A DNA stretch of 64,000 bases from Octopus vulgaris (lineage: Eukaryota): assembly GCA_951406725.2 (NCBI GenBank), contig OX597826.1, forward strand, positions 42,780,001 through 42,844,000, read 5' to 3'. The notes beneath the pieces were generated by a model. That model ran no database searches. It saw only the letters and a program-made list of their open reading frames with translations, and was not told the origin of the DNA. This document shows positions 1-13,892 of the stretch, piece after piece. Made by a program: the position numbers and the translations under genes. The first letter of the stretch is position 1. Each line of letters starts with the position of its first letter.

Positions 1-879
1 ATAGATCTATTTGTTTATGAAACATCATAACTTATAGTGCTGGCTTCAAATTCTATAGGAAATCTGAAGAGATAAACTGAAAAGTGAGTACATTGCATTA
101 CTAACACAAGATAAGACACAATATTGACTTGTAAACATCTAATATACTTGGTAGTATATTATAGTTGCAAAAAAAAATACTGTCTTTGCCAGTAATTAAT
201 ATATGTGTGTGTGTGCAAAGGGAATGTTGTTTAGTGTTGTGTTTATTTATTTATGCGTCCTTTTCAAGCCTAGCCAGGCTCATGGGCCCGGTTTCCGGGT
301 TTCTGTGGCGTAATGCTGGACGGGATGCCAGTCCATTGCAGCGTTACTCAAGAAACAGGGAGAAAGGGTGAGAGAAAGTTGGTGTGAAAGAGTACAACAG
401 GGGTCGCCCCCCCCCCCCCCTGCCGGAGCCTCGTGTAGCTTTTTAGGTGTTTTCGGTCAATAAACACACACAGTGTCTGGTTTGGGAATTGAAATCGCGA
501 TCGTCTGACCGCGAGTCCGCTGTCCTAACCATTGGGCCATTGTGCCTCCATTAGTGTCGTGTAGTGTAATATAATTTTGTGGTGCATTGTTGTTATTTTG
601 TTGTTGTTGTTGCCCTCCCCATCTTCCCCGATTGAGCTAATCTATGATTATAGGAGGACTCTGCTGGGATCCAGTGTCTACTGATGCATAGTTTCTATAG
701 CAGGATGCTCTTTCTAATGTTAGCCACCTCACAGGGTGAAGTACTAGGTGCTTTTTTTAATGGCGCTGACACTAGTGAGGTCACCAAGTGCTCACAAGAC
801 AAGACCCCCACCACCACCACCACCTCAACTGAGTAGGAGAGCTGTACTGAAGGATGTGAAAGTATGATAGAGGGACAGA

Positions 880-1200
880 TGTGTTGTCGATTGAAGTATA
901 GTTGTATAGGGTTTTTTTTAAATGAAGTATACTGTAATGTGTTTTGAAAGTTTTGTGCAGCAGTGTTTAATGTATATTGTATTGTGACATCTAATGGAGT
1001 ATTGCTTTGTGTTGTGCAGTGTTGTAGTATGAAGTACAGTATTTTGTAGCACCATATAATGTTGTGTGGTGTATTGTATAGCAAAGAGATGTGTTGCTTA
1101 ATGGAATTTGATATTGAGTGGTGAAGTCGAGTGTTGTGTAGTTAAATATGATGTTATGAAGCAGAGTGTTGTGTAGTTAAATATTATGTTACATAGTATT
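880..1200 (+). repeat. Degenerate low-complexity TGTAG/TGTTG-rich repeat
   Basis: Recurrent TGTAG, TGTTG and GTATT pentamers; GAGTGTTGTGTAGTTAAATAT duplicated at ~1129 and ~1164. Confidence 0.5.
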
Positions 1201-2094
1201 GTATACTCACAAGGATATGCCTCAGTTATCACTCAAAGATTTTGCTTCTTATGATATTTTTCAGTAATTGTTTTTATTATTTACTGATCAAATGTTATTA
1301 AATTTTTACCCTAAATATATTTCCAAACACAAAGCAATATCATTAGGTGTGTTAATAATAATTTGAAGGTATTTGGGGGCTTCAAACAAAACCTATTTAT
1401 TTTCTCATATGTTCTATTATTCAGCCAGCACAGTGCTTTTTGAAACCAAACACCCATGATAAATGAAGATAGATGTATAGCATTGGGTAGTAAATAATAC
1501 TGTGTAATGAAATATTGTATACTTTAATCCTATGCCTATCATATATAACACATGTGATACACAAGCCATATTTCTCTGGAATCCATGCAATATATATGGT
1601 ACACATTCTCAATTATTTTCACACACTAAAAAACTTGGGACTTAGGAAAGGAAAGCTTTGTTATTCAGAATGTATGAAACAATGACTTATTAAAGGTCTA
1701 ATAGCAATGCTTAGAATAAAAAAGCCTGATTATCTTAGTAATGAGAAATAGGCCATGGCAAATCAGGTAACTTGCCCTGAATTCTGGTCATTCATATTTC
1801 AGGTACATCTTGCGATTGTATGATTTGAATGGGAGTTTCCACCATATGGTCATAACTGTAGAGGAATTGGACAATGAGTGCAGAGGTTCCTGAGAAAGCA
1901 GAGGCTGAAGGGATAGATAGATGAATACAGAGGATTCTTGGCTGCTGCTCAACCCAAAGTTTATAAAAGAATCACATTGTCTACAACAAACACAGAACTT
2001 TCCTGCTTCTCACTAACACAAAGTTATAAAGATCTCATTTCTATTCAACATACATTCACACTTCGAGCCAAATATATGTACATAGACACATACT

Positions 2095-2375
2095 TCATCA
2101 TCATTGTTCGACCATGGTCGAGACAATGGAATTTACTATGTTACTTTAGACTTCATGGTCCATCATAGCATTACGGAGGTCCTGTTGCTGGATGCCTGTA
2201 TCCCTGGAGATTACATCAGGGTAGGAGAGTGTGTGCCCTCTGGTATTGCGAGCAGATGGCTTCCAGAGGAGAAGAGTAGAAATTACCTTGTTTTCAGCTC
2301 TACAACAATGTCCAGCAAACTGGACTCTTCTACCTTTCACAAGAGATGATACAGGTGGTAGTTTCCCATATATTT
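2095..2375 (-). mobile_element. RTE-like LINE 3' end
   Basis: GRRVQFAGHCCRAENK...NAMMD plus (ATG)n tail; near-identical to 22385-22780. Confidence 0.75.
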
Positions 2376-2519
2376 GTCATTATCATTCAGTTTAATATAC
2401 TTAACAATCTCTCTATGTCTTTATGTAAATATATAGATTCATTGAAAACCTCAAGCGGTGACTTGGTGTTTATATGGGAGTGACATGCAGTCAAGCCAAA
2501 ATATCAGTCACCCATTTAA

Positions 2520-2740
2520 CCCTTTCGTTACCAACCCGGCTGAAACCGGCTCTGGCTCTTTTGTACAAATGTCTGGTTTTCAAAAGTTTTGAATTAAAAC
2601 CTTCCACCAAACCTTAGTCACAATTTATGTCCCTAACTCTAGCTTAATGATAACAATGTTATTTTACTTAATTCTATGTTATATTTAACATAATTGGAAG
2701 AAACACTGAGCATCTCAAAATAAATTCAGTAACGAAAGGG
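2520..2740. mobile_element. TTAA-targeting (piggyBac-like) MITE; copies at 10219-10438 and ~28194-28411
   Basis: TTAA|CCCTTTCGTTAC...GTAACGAAAGGG|TTAA. Confidence 0.85.
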
Positions 2741-2861
2741 TTAACTAACTTTCACAGTCTGAAAGCAAGCTTGGATGTTTAGGACAAACATATGAAAATA
2801 CTTTGGATAGGTTAAGGGTTAAATAATTAGGTATTGCTGTGTAGTGAAGCATATTGTAGAC

Positions 2862-2905
2862 TAGTTTTGCGCAGTGTAGTTTTGCGCAGTGTAGTTTTGC
2901 GCAGT
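2862..2905 (+). repeat. Tandem 15-mer x3
   Basis: TAGTTTTGCGCAGTG repeated three times (last copy lacks the final G). Confidence 0.85.
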
Positions 2906-4819
2906 AGTAGAGTATGATTTTATGTGGTGAAACAGGGTGTTATATTATGCATTGTACCTAATAGTATCACAGAATAAACTGCATAACAAAAGTCATTGCA
3001 CAAATAACAAGCACATTATCACTGCATGAACTACATGACAACTTATAAGGCACATTGCATATCTAAGCTCATGCAAGAATGGGACAGACTATATAACTTG
3101 AACACATTCTATACCTAAATATATTGTATAATGGGAAATGCTGTCTAATTAAACTCACTGTATAACAAGATATGTTGCATAACTAAGCTCACCATATAAT
3201 TGAACACACTGCATATGGAATATTGAAAGGAAGACAGTGTATTACAAGGAAACAAGGTAAGTTGCTTTAATTTATATAGTAATAGAAATGTGTAAGGCAT
3301 GTATGTTGTGCATGTACATGTGTATGTGTGTCTATATGCACACGCAGACACATACATGCATGCATACACTGTACATTACATACAAACCTATATATATATA
3401 TATATATATATAATCATCATGATATATCATCATCATCATCATCATGATATATCATCATTATCATCATCATAGTTTAATGTTCACCTTCTATACTGGCATA
3501 GGTTGGACAGTTTGACAGGAGCCAGCCAGGTAGAAAACTACATCAGATTTCTGTTTTGGCATGGTTTTTATGGCTGGATGCCATTCCTAACATTAATCAA
3601 TCTGCAGAATGGACTGAGTGCTTTTTATGTGGCACCAGCACCGGCAAGGTCAGTTTTGGAATGATTTTTACAGCTGATGAAATGTTTTCTTTTTTGGATC
3701 AATAAAAAACATGTTTGAAACAGCTGTAGTGAAACACAATCCATCTGCTTATATGTGTGTGTGGAGAGAGAGAAAGAGAGGGAGAGAGAGAGAAACAGAC
3801 AAACAATTAGATAAGAAATTGTGTGTTTGAGTGTGTGTTTGCATATGTGTACATGTATGTGTGTGTGAGTGAGTGAAAATGTGTTACTGTCGATCATATG
3901 TAATAAACACTAACTTTGGAAATGCCATGGTTAAATTGAAAACTATGAGACTAATTGAATTTTGTAGAGAATCAGTATGGAAGGTGAACATTAAAAAATA
4001 ACTTGTTTACCTAAGTTTTAACATCATCTCCTTAGAAATAGTCATCTTTCGCAGCAATACACTGGTCCCAGTGTTCCTGACATTTTTAGAATCCGGCCTG
4101 GCAGTCATTTTCCGTAAGTGAGTCAAGGATCTTCTGTGATTGGCTCCTGATCTCGACAAGCAGCAGCCTTTGATTGCATTTTTGTCTTGGAAAAGCTATG
4201 CAAGTCTGCAGGTGCTGAATTTTGAAAATTAGGTGGGTGTGGAAGTGATACCATGTTGTTTTTGGTGAGAAAATCATGAATGAGGAGAGTTCAATGACGG
4301 GGTGGATTGTCATTGTGAAGAATCCAATTCTTCACTGAAAGTCCTTCCACAAATGCTTCAAAACATTGACTATCCTCTGCTGATTCTCATGCGCAAGCTG
4401 ATGGATTTTTTCCACATTTCCAGGGCTGATACTTACGGCACTCTTCCAGATTGCTCACCCGCTTTTGAAGCATACCATTGCCTCATCACTGTAAGCTTGC
4501 TGAAGTGTGGTCACTCACTGTCTCTGTAGCAGACTTCTCAAGTTTAACGCAAAATTTCACATTGGCTTTTTGTTCCAACTTCCTGTCCATGACAAAAATT
4601 GCAAACTACAACATACATGTGATCACAAAAGCAAATTTCATAGGCACAGGAGTGGCTGTGTGGTAAGTAGCTTGCTTACCAACCACATGGTTCCGAGTTC
4701 AGTTCCACTGTGTGGCACCTTGGGCAAGTGTCTTCTACTATAGCTTTGGGCCAACCAAAGCCTTGTGAGTGGATTTGGTTGATGGAAACTGAAAGAAGCC
4801 CGTCATATACAGTTTTCTT

Positions 4820-5035
4820 CTTTTGCACACTACATCTGATGTCTCTTATTCCCAGTTTTTCTCTTAAGACACTTACACTCTGTTGATACATGCACACTGA
4901 CATTGCAATTCCAGTGGAGGATACTAGCTTCATTTCTTTCAAGTCTTTGCATGTCTTCTACAGTCACAGCCCATGTTTCACTGTCATGTAGCATGGCTGT
5001 TTGCACACAGGCATCATATAATCTGGCTTTCACTA
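4820..5035 (-). mobile_element. RTE LINE fragment
   Basis: KARLYDACVQTAMLHDSETWAVTVEDMQRLERNE, same family as 41700-41900. Confidence 0.75.
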
Positions 5036-5864
5036 GGGCATGTAGCCTAGTGGTTACAGTGTTGTGCTCACAATTAGAAGATCATGGTTTGTGTTTTTGA
5101 GAAAAACACTTTATTATTTAATGTTGCTCCAATTTGCTCAGCTGTAAATGAATTACAGGAATAGCTGGGGTGTTAAATATGCGATGGACAAACCGGTATC
5201 CTGTTCAGAGGGAGTGTTGTGATGTCAGTTACTTATATGGAAACTAGTTTGAACTTGGTTTTGTAAGTCTTAGGACCCACAAAACAAAAAAAAGTGGGAT
5301 ACCACTTGGATGCAAACTGGGGCTTGATCAACCTTGGATTGCCAGGATAAAGGTGATATTAAAAGGCTCTAAGCACTTGGTTACATCAGGATCCAATGTC
5401 AATAATGTATCCAAGTATTGCATCCAATGATGTATCAAGAATTACATTGTATATCTTATATTATATCATTTAGGAACATGGTAAGCTGGCAGAGTTGTTA
5501 GCATGTTGGGTAAAATGCTTAGTGGTATTCTGTCCATCTTTATATTCTGAGTTCAAATTCTGCTGAGGTCAACTTTGCTTTTCATTCTTTCAAGGTCGAT
5601 AGAATAAGTACCAGTTGAGCACTGGGGTTGGTGTAATCTACTTACCTGCTCCCCCATGATTTACTGGCCTTGTACCAAAATTTGAAACTAATATTATATC
5701 ATTTAGGCATAAGCATGGCTGTATGGTTAAGAAGCTCACTTTGTGACCACGTGGTTTTGGGTTTAGTCCTACTGTATGGTACTTTGAGCAAGTGTCTTCT
5801 AGTACAGCCTCAAGTCAACCAATACTTTGCAAGTGAATTTGATAGATAGAAACTGTGTGGAAAC

Positions 5865-5908
<44 letters not shown>

Positions 5909-6058
5909 ATAGAAATATTAAAATTACTAAGTTCGAAGGTTATAATGGATACAGATCGTGTATCAATAGCTATCTTAAGGCGGTGGCCTCATGGAGCTGA
6001 CCAGCGGCAGTGATTATTCTTATATCTATAAGAATGCCATATTAATATGGCGATAACA

Positions 6059-6139
<81 letters not shown>

Positions 6140-6151
<12 letters not shown>

Positions 6152-6420
6152 CAGCAGAATTTTGGAAAAAAATCTTTTTATTCATTCATTATTATTGGCA
6201 CTTTCAATCATTTCTCAAACTTGTCAAATAGAATTTTTGAATGAAATTGGTTGGGTAGTTCTCATGTATATATATAAACTTGAGAATGTGTGTGTGTGCA
6301 TCACTAAAACTTGAGAACTACCCAACTGATTTCATTAAAAAAAAATTATATTTGACAAGTTCAATAAAAAATGGATAAATAAAAAGATTTTTTTCCAAAA
6401 TTCTGGCGACCTTTTCTCTC
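6140..6420. mobile_element. Foldback/MITE-like imperfect palindrome
   Basis: ~6140-6265 is an imperfect reverse complement of ~6312-6420. Confidence 0.65.
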
Positions 6421-7204
6421 CACAGTATCTGTTCACCACACCTAACACTCTATACATACATACATGCATACATACACATACACATACATACATTCATACA
6501 TACATACATACATACATACATACATGCATGCATACACACACACACAATATATATAACTGATAGAATAAGTACCAGACTTAAAAAATAAGTACTCTAGTCG
6601 CTGTATTCAACTAAACCCTCAAAGTCAGTGCCCCAGCTGCAGTTCAATAACTGAAATAAGTAAATGATAAAAAATATAACATTATATTGGAATTATTTTA
6701 TATTTTTATACATTTTATACTTATACTATTTTTATTTTATTTTGTTAGATCCCTGTTAAATACTTCCCTAGTTTTCCTGGTTGTCACACTGACAAATACC
6801 ATCCTTGCCATCAATGAGCATCCCCTTCATAATCCCTTTTCTTGAGCAACCATCTTACCCAGATCCTATGGAGTTGATTAATTACAAACCCACTTATCTG
6901 CTAAGATGATCTAACTTGCCACTTATTTATCTTTACATCTAAAAATGACCTAAATTTTGATTTAATTTACATTAATCACAGACATAGGAGGGAGTGTTTT
7001 TGAACAGTCTTTTAACATGGTATGGTATGATATGGATTTGATATCTCCATCTCCACTTCAGCATGTAAATAAATGTGTGCTACCACGTCCTTTAAGGAAG
7101 TACAGAGTGGTGACAAAAAATTATTTACATGCACTGGTTTCATTGAAGAGGCTCTATAGCAATACAGATATGTGTGTGTGTGTGTGAGTGTGTGTAAATA
7201 TGCA

Positions 7205-7249
<45 letters not shown>

Positions 7250-7642
7250 AAGAATTTTTTTGTGTAATGAGATAAAAAAACCAAGGCTGTATAGATATTA
7301 GAGCATTTATAGATAGAAGGTCTTACAGCTGTTTCTAGGATATTAATTAATAATATCCCTTCATCGGAAAAATTAAGTCATAGTTAGTTTCGATGTGATA
7401 CAAATAGAGAGTGAGATGGAGGAAAGAAAATAGATGTAAGATATGTATGGGTATTGAAGTTGTAAATCCGTTTTATAGGCATAATGGTATATATGTGTAA
7501 TATTCCAATATCCTTTGAGTAAAATCCAAAAGTCCAACAGAGTTTAATATGAATCCATCCAGATATAGAGTTTATAATTTATAGAGCAATAAGAAAATGG
7601 AGGGGATCAATAGGTAGTTCATGACCCCCTCCATTTTCTTAT

Positions 7643-7650
<8 letters not shown>
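7250..7650 (-). mobile_element. Penelope-like terminal remnant with hammerhead and terminal hairpin
   Basis: Hammerhead at 7321-7370; inverted repeat GCAATAAGAAAATGGAGGGG / CCCCTCCATTTTCTTATTGC at ~7586-7645; microsatellites on both sides. Confidence 0.45.
7321..7370 (-). ncRNA. Hammerhead-like motif with CCGAUGA core
   Basis: Minus strand TTT-CCGATGA-AG-GGATATTA-ttaat-TAATATCC-TA-GAAAC-AGCT-GTA-AGA. Confidence 0.55.
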
Positions 7651-7720
<70 letters not shown>

Positions 7721-8039
7721 TCATCATCATCATCATCGTTTAGCGTCCGTTTTCCATGCTAGCATGGGTTGGACGTTCTACTGGGGTCTGTGAAGCCAGA
7801 AGGCTTCATCAGGCCCAGTCAAATCTGGCAGTGTTTCTACGGCTGGATGCCCTTCCTAACGCCAACCACTCCGTGAGTGTAGTGGGTGCTTTTTACATGC
7901 CACCCGCACAGGTGCCAGACAGCTGGCAAACGGCCACGAATGGATGGTGCTTTTTATGTGCCACCGGCACGAGGGCCAGGCGAGGCTGGCAACGGACACG
8001 AACGGATGGTGCTTTTTACGTGATATATATATATATATA

Positions 8040-8790
8040 AACAGTTCTACTGAACACTCTATTCCAATTTCCTTTATATTCTTCTTGATGCCTTCTGATA
8101 CTATTCCCAAGGACCCAACAATAATTGCCACTATCTTCACCTTCTTCATTTTCCATAGTCAGGCTATTTCATACTTAAAGGATTGTATCTATCTATCTTT
8201 TTGCCTTCCTTCTTGACTATTCATGGGTTAAAGGGGCATGCAATGTCAACGATATAGCATATGTGGTGCACCTTGTCCACCATCACTAGGTGGACAAGGT
8301 GCACCACATATGCTATATGTTATGCTCTAGCACCTGATCTGTTTGGATTGGGAAATCCCAGAGGATTTTGCTAGTCTCCAACTCCACCACCCTCTGTCTT
8401 GTCTCTCTCTAGCCCCCACTTTTCGCACAGTTTCCAGTGTAGCACTTTTACTACCTGGTCATGTCGCCACACCTTGTAGTGGTTTTGGGCAAGTCTAGAG
8501 CATTTGTTTGTGATATGGGCAATGGTTTCATACACTCTATTGCAGGTGTGGCACAGCCAAGACACTTGCTCATTCTTCAGGTTGACCCTCCAGTTCATGG
8601 CCAGAGCTTGGTCTTGTGCTGCTAGTATAGTGCTCTCGGTCTCTTTTTTTAGGGTTCTTCTCGTCAGCCAATCCCACCTATTTTTTCCAGCAACTTCTGT
8701 TGTGGTTACATGGAATTGATTGTGTAGTCCCTTCTTGCATAATTCTTCTTCATGTCCTTTTTGTACTTCTTCCTTTGTTTTCCCTTTTTT
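8040..8790 (-). mobile_element. R4/Dong-like (restriction-like endonuclease) LINE fragment
   Basis: CCHC-like LCHTC...ETIAHITNKC...YKVWRHDQV, KILWDFPIQTD, IVDIACP, and KIVAIIVGSLG motifs. Confidence 0.75.
8252..8318. repeat. Perfect 30-bp inverted repeat with 7-nt loop
   Basis: ATATAGCATATGTGGTGCACCTTGTCCACC-atcacta-GGTGGACAAGGTGCACCACATATGCTATAT. Confidence 0.9.
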
Positions 8791-9762
8791 TCTCTGCTCC
8801 CTAATATTATTTTTTGCTATTGGTTAGTGTTATTCCTATTTGCTTCTATTTATAAATCAAAAGAAATGACTACTATTTCTTTCAAACTTTGCTTTTGTGA
8901 CCTGACCATCAATGTTCTGAAACTGGTTCATTTTCCATTACATTTCAGACAGATTCAGTGCTAAGTTGCTGAAGCAGAAAAAGTGTTATAGTAAACTGAA
9001 GAAATTCTATATTGTAGAATTGTATAAAAAACGAAAGGTTTGGGAGGCAGAGAAAATCTGCCTTTTATCATAAGAGATAGTCTGCTCAGTACCACAGATT
9101 TGCTTGTTAGTTGCTTGACCTTAACCACTTCAGCATGTCCCTTTAGTGGCTTACAATATGTGCATATCTGATTATGAGCAGGAGTAGCAAGGGAACATCA
9201 TAGACGTGTGTTAAGAGGGATTCTTTGGGGTTTAAATAAATGTAAGAAAAGCAAAGTTTGAAGGAAATATTAGCCATTTTACATACTTTTGGCAGGGGTA
9301 TGTAAATAGGAAATAACAGTTGCTGCCCAAGGACAAAAATCATGTGACACAGTGTCATGAGTTCTATGCAAATTGCTGATTGATTACATAACTATGTATT
9401 ATCATCATCAAAATAGAACAAGATAAAATCTATAGCAGTCTGCGAACTCATTCATCATGAAATTCTCTTTTAAAATCCAGTTATTTGTATTTCCCTACAG
9501 CCATTTTCTACTTACTGCCATTCCACATGATCTTAATTCACCTTGATCTTGATCTACCTCATTTTTCACATCTTTATTTCAAAATAACTCTGGCAAAGTA
9601 AAGTATACTAGCCATCTCAATATGGCTAACCACTAAGGGTGGGTGTTACTATAGCTTTTAGCCCCAGGAGATCATCGTCTCCAGCTGGCTTTAGGCACAC
9701 TTTCTGTGCCCTTATGGTATTTGCAAAGGAGGTCATCCTTCTCTCATAAACCTAAGTGACAC

Positions 9763-9805
9763 GCACAGACTGCAGTTTCTAGGTATTTGCCTGTCTTCAG
9801 CGTAC
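9763..9805 (-). ncRNA. Minimal type-I hammerhead ribozyme motif, canonical core
   Basis: Minus strand GTACG-CTGAAGA-C-AGG-caaata-CCT-A-GAAAC-TGCA-GTC-TGTGC: 5-bp stem I, CUGANGA, stem II, GAAA, palindromic ACUGCAGU at stem III, GUC cleavage triplet. Confidence 0.75.
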
Positions 9806-10018
9806 GGCAGTCACCGGTTTTCGATGAAAGGGAGACCTGTTTGCAAATACTTATAGGTTTTTCTAGTAACTTCCGTCACTGATTTTGAAAAACTGTCTGC
9901 AAGCAATAATAAATCTCTGAATTATCCATTTTTTGCTATTTTATTTTTTACACAGTAATTTCCTTTGTTCTCGCAATAAAACTTTTTTACTTGATTTTGT
10001 GTGTTGATAGTCTTTAAC

Positions 10019-11078
10019 CCTTTAGTGTTTAAATCATTCTTTCAAATGTAATGCTTATTTATTCACAATGTTTTGAATTAATCATGCATTATCTTGTAGC
10101 TTTGAGATTTTGACAGTGTGATAGTATGTTTTTAGAATGATATACGTATAAGAAGTTAGATCTGGTCAGTTTGAACATAAAACTGATAGAATATTTAAGC
10201 TGGGTATGGCCTCTTTAACCCTTTTGTTACCAACCCGGCTGAAACTGGCTCTGGCTCTGAGTACAAATGTCTTGATTTCATAAGTTTTGAATTAAAATCT
10301 TCCACCATACCTTAGTCACTATTAATGTTCCTAACACTAGCTGAATGACAACTAAGTTATTTTACTAAATTCTTTGTTATATTTAAAGTAAGTGAAAGAA
10401 ACACAGAGCATCTCAAAATAAATACAGTAATGCAAGGGTTAAGGGACAAATACTGCATCAATTGTAGGTGCAAGGGAAAGCTCCAGATTGGGTGTGATAG
10501 AGAATCATAGGGTTCTTGACCAGAATATGTAGACTTTTGTCACGATTGAAGGAGAGGAAATGAAGGCTCAGAGAAAGTGGAAGCAGTGGCAAGGTTGGAC
10601 TGTAATTGAAAGAAACACAGCATCTCAAGATAAATACAGTAACGAAGGCAATCTGGCAGAATCGTTAGCACACCGGACGAAATGCTTAGTGGTATTTCGT
10701 CTGCAGTTACGTTCTGAGTTCAAATTCCGCCGAGGTCGACTTTGCCTTTCATCCTTTCGGGGTTGATAAATTAAGTACCAGTTATGCACTGGAGTCAATA
10801 TAATTAACTTAATCCGTTTGTCTGTCCTTGTTTGTCCTCTCTGTGTTTAGCCTCTTGTGGGTAGTAAAGAAATAGGTATTTCGTCTGCCATTACATTCTG
10901 AGTTCAAATTCCGCCGAGGTCGACTTTGCCTTTCATCCTTTCGGGGCTGATTAAATAAGTACCAGTTACGCACTGGGGTCGATATAATTGACTTAATCTG
11001 TTTGTCTGTCTTTGTTTGTCTTCTCTGTGTTTAGCCTCTTGTGGGTAGTAAAGAAATAAGTTAAATGCTAAAGATTTA
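10019..11078. mobile_element. Second TTAA-type MITE split by nested insertions; related pieces at ~39590-39810, 48510-49518, 63318-63388
   Basis: TTAA|CCCTTTAG at 10015; its expected end TTAAATGCTAAAG resumes at ~11061, after an inserted MITE and a SINE dimer. Confidence 0.55.
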
Positions 11079-11589
11079 AGGGAGCTAATTTTATCAGTTA
11101 CAGCTTATATACTTTGAGCTGTTGCTACTGCTATACTGCCTTGAAGTGCTTTTAGGTGAATGAATAGACCCTATTGCTTCTTTCTTTGTAAACCTGATAC
11201 TTATTCTATCAGTCTCTTTTGTCAGATGACTAAGTTACAGGGATATAAGCGTAACAACACAGATAAAGGACAAATACAGACACGTGCAAACACACATATG
11301 TATATATCCTTTTAGTTCTTTATTCTTTTATTTGTTTCAGTCTTTTGACTGCGGCCATGCTGGAGCATCGCCTTTAGTCAAATAAATTGACCCCCAGGAC
11401 TTATTATTTGTAAGCCTAGTACTTATTCTATCAGTCTCTTTTGCTAAACCGCTATGTTATGGGGACATAAACACACCAGCATCGGTTGTCAAGTAATGCA
11501 AGGGTGGGGACAAATACAGACACACAATCACATACACACACACACACACATATATACATACATATATATATATACATATATATACATAT

Positions 11590-11660
<71 letters not shown>

Positions 11661-12308
11661 TATGACGGGCTTCTTTCAGTTTCCATCTACCAAATCCACT
11701 CACAAGGCTTTGGTTGGCCCAAGGCTATAGTAGAAGACACTTGCCTAAGGTGCCACGCAGTGGGACTGAACCCGGAACTATGCAGTTTGTGACCAAGCTA
11801 TATAAAAAGAAACTTTATAATACCTATTTCTACCATAATGTTAAGCTGGTCATGATAAAACTATTCAACAACTCAACAATGAATCTATAATAAAATTCAG
11901 ATATCATCTGACTAGGGGTATGCATTTCCTATTACATTAAAACTGAAGATTAAGGGCTAAAGAATAAGATAAGTATTTCTATAACAGGTACACTTACTTA
12001 AAAACCTAGGTAAAATATATGTATAAAAAATAGCCAACATTTCGAAAAAAAAGGATATAAGAAGGTATAAAAGTACCATCTGACTGGCCCCTGTGCCGGT
12101 GGCACGTAAATGCACCCACTACACTGTCAGAGTGGTTGGCGTTAGGAAGGGCATCCAGCTGGAGAAACTCTGCCAGATCAAGATTGGAGCCTGGTGCAGC
12201 CATCTGGTTTGCCAGCCCTCAGTTAAACCGTCCAACCCATGCTAGCATGGAAAGTGGACGTTAACCGATGATGATATATCCATAAAAATATCATCCATAT
12301 ATATATAT

Positions 12309-12382
<74 letters not shown>

Positions 12383-13892
12383 GAAGTATATAGTGTAATT
12401 ATAAATATAAATAAATAAATATAAATACCATATTGTATTATATATCATGGTTACTATAGAGAGAAGTTACAAACTCCTTCACACTATAGAAATTACACCT
12501 GTATATATGAGGGTATATAGATATATAAAATACAATAATATAATATAAGAAAAAGAATAAATAAAATAAAATAAAGCAAAATAGAAGGAAATAATATTTG
12601 TATAAAATTTCAATAAGGGATTTTGTGAATGCCTTAAAATATGTATCAGATATAAAAGTGATAAAAGATAAAAAATAAGGATAAGTCAAGGTATTCATAA
12701 CAAAAGCTAATTAAAAAATAAATGAAGTAACCCATGCTATGCCCAACCCACGCTAGCATGGAAAACGGACGTTAAACGATGATGATACCATTGGAAATGG
12801 TTTTATAAGATATTTGCAAGATATATTACTACAGGCACAGATGTGTGTAGAATCATAACTGTTCTTGGGGGGTATTTACTATACTTAAGTGAGGTGTAGG
12901 TTCTGGTAATCCAATGTAAATATACTTATTATGACTGATAGGGAAGAAAGTCGGTGAACTGAAGGGGAATAGTGTAATCTAAGTATAGGAAAAAGGCAGA
13001 TTAAACAGGTAGGGGTTATAAGATGGTAATCTCTGTATACATAAACGGCAAAATGTCTGTGTGTGCATCCTTTATACAAATCCACAATTTTTCAGTTAGA
13101 GGGCTTGCACTTTCTATGGTCATTCAAAACCGTCCGAGGGTGGTCGTGCACATCTTTACATTTCCCCAGTCACCCCGCAAAGCCATTAAAAAATCAATAG
13201 GAGTGACTTTTTTGTGAATTTTCTATCCAAAACCCAATCAAAATGCCCGAAACTTGATACGCCAATTGAATGCCAGCTAGCTGTATGTTATTGGTCAGAG
13301 ATTTGGACAGTACTCGCATGTATGTGCGCATGCATACAGCTGTATATGCATGCACAGGTCATAGTGCTAGTATTACATAAAATTCCATATAAAAGAGGGT
13401 TTGATATGAAAGATATGACACTCCAAATAATTTCTGTCACCAAATTATAGTATACTAAGTATAATATTATTTGTTTCTAAAATATTTGAAGGTATGGGTG
13501 ATTCTATGCATACAAGATATCCTAAGGTCTAATCTATTATTAATTAGGTTATAAGGCAGCGAGCTGGCAGAAACATTAGCACGCCAGGCGAAATGCTTAG
13601 AAGTATTTTGTCTGTCTTTACGTTCGGAGTTCAAATTCTACCGAGGTCGACTTTGCCTTTCATCTTTTCGGGGTTGATAAATTAAGTACCAGCTGCATAC
13701 AGGAGTTGATCTAATTGACTGGCCCTGTCCCACCAAAACTTCAGGCCTTGTGCCTAGAGTAGAAAAGATTATTAATTAAGTTATTTTTATCACTGTACTT
13801 AAAAATACGAGATACCCTAAGGGTCTAATCTATTATTAATTAGCTTATCCTTATCTCTATACTTAAAAATTTTGTAAATTTCCATACACTAT

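Noticed and set aside
11452-11792. ORFs rich in YI/HT/CV/RE dipeptides here and throughout the track
   Set aside because: Artefacts of dinucleotide microsatellites and SINE bodies.
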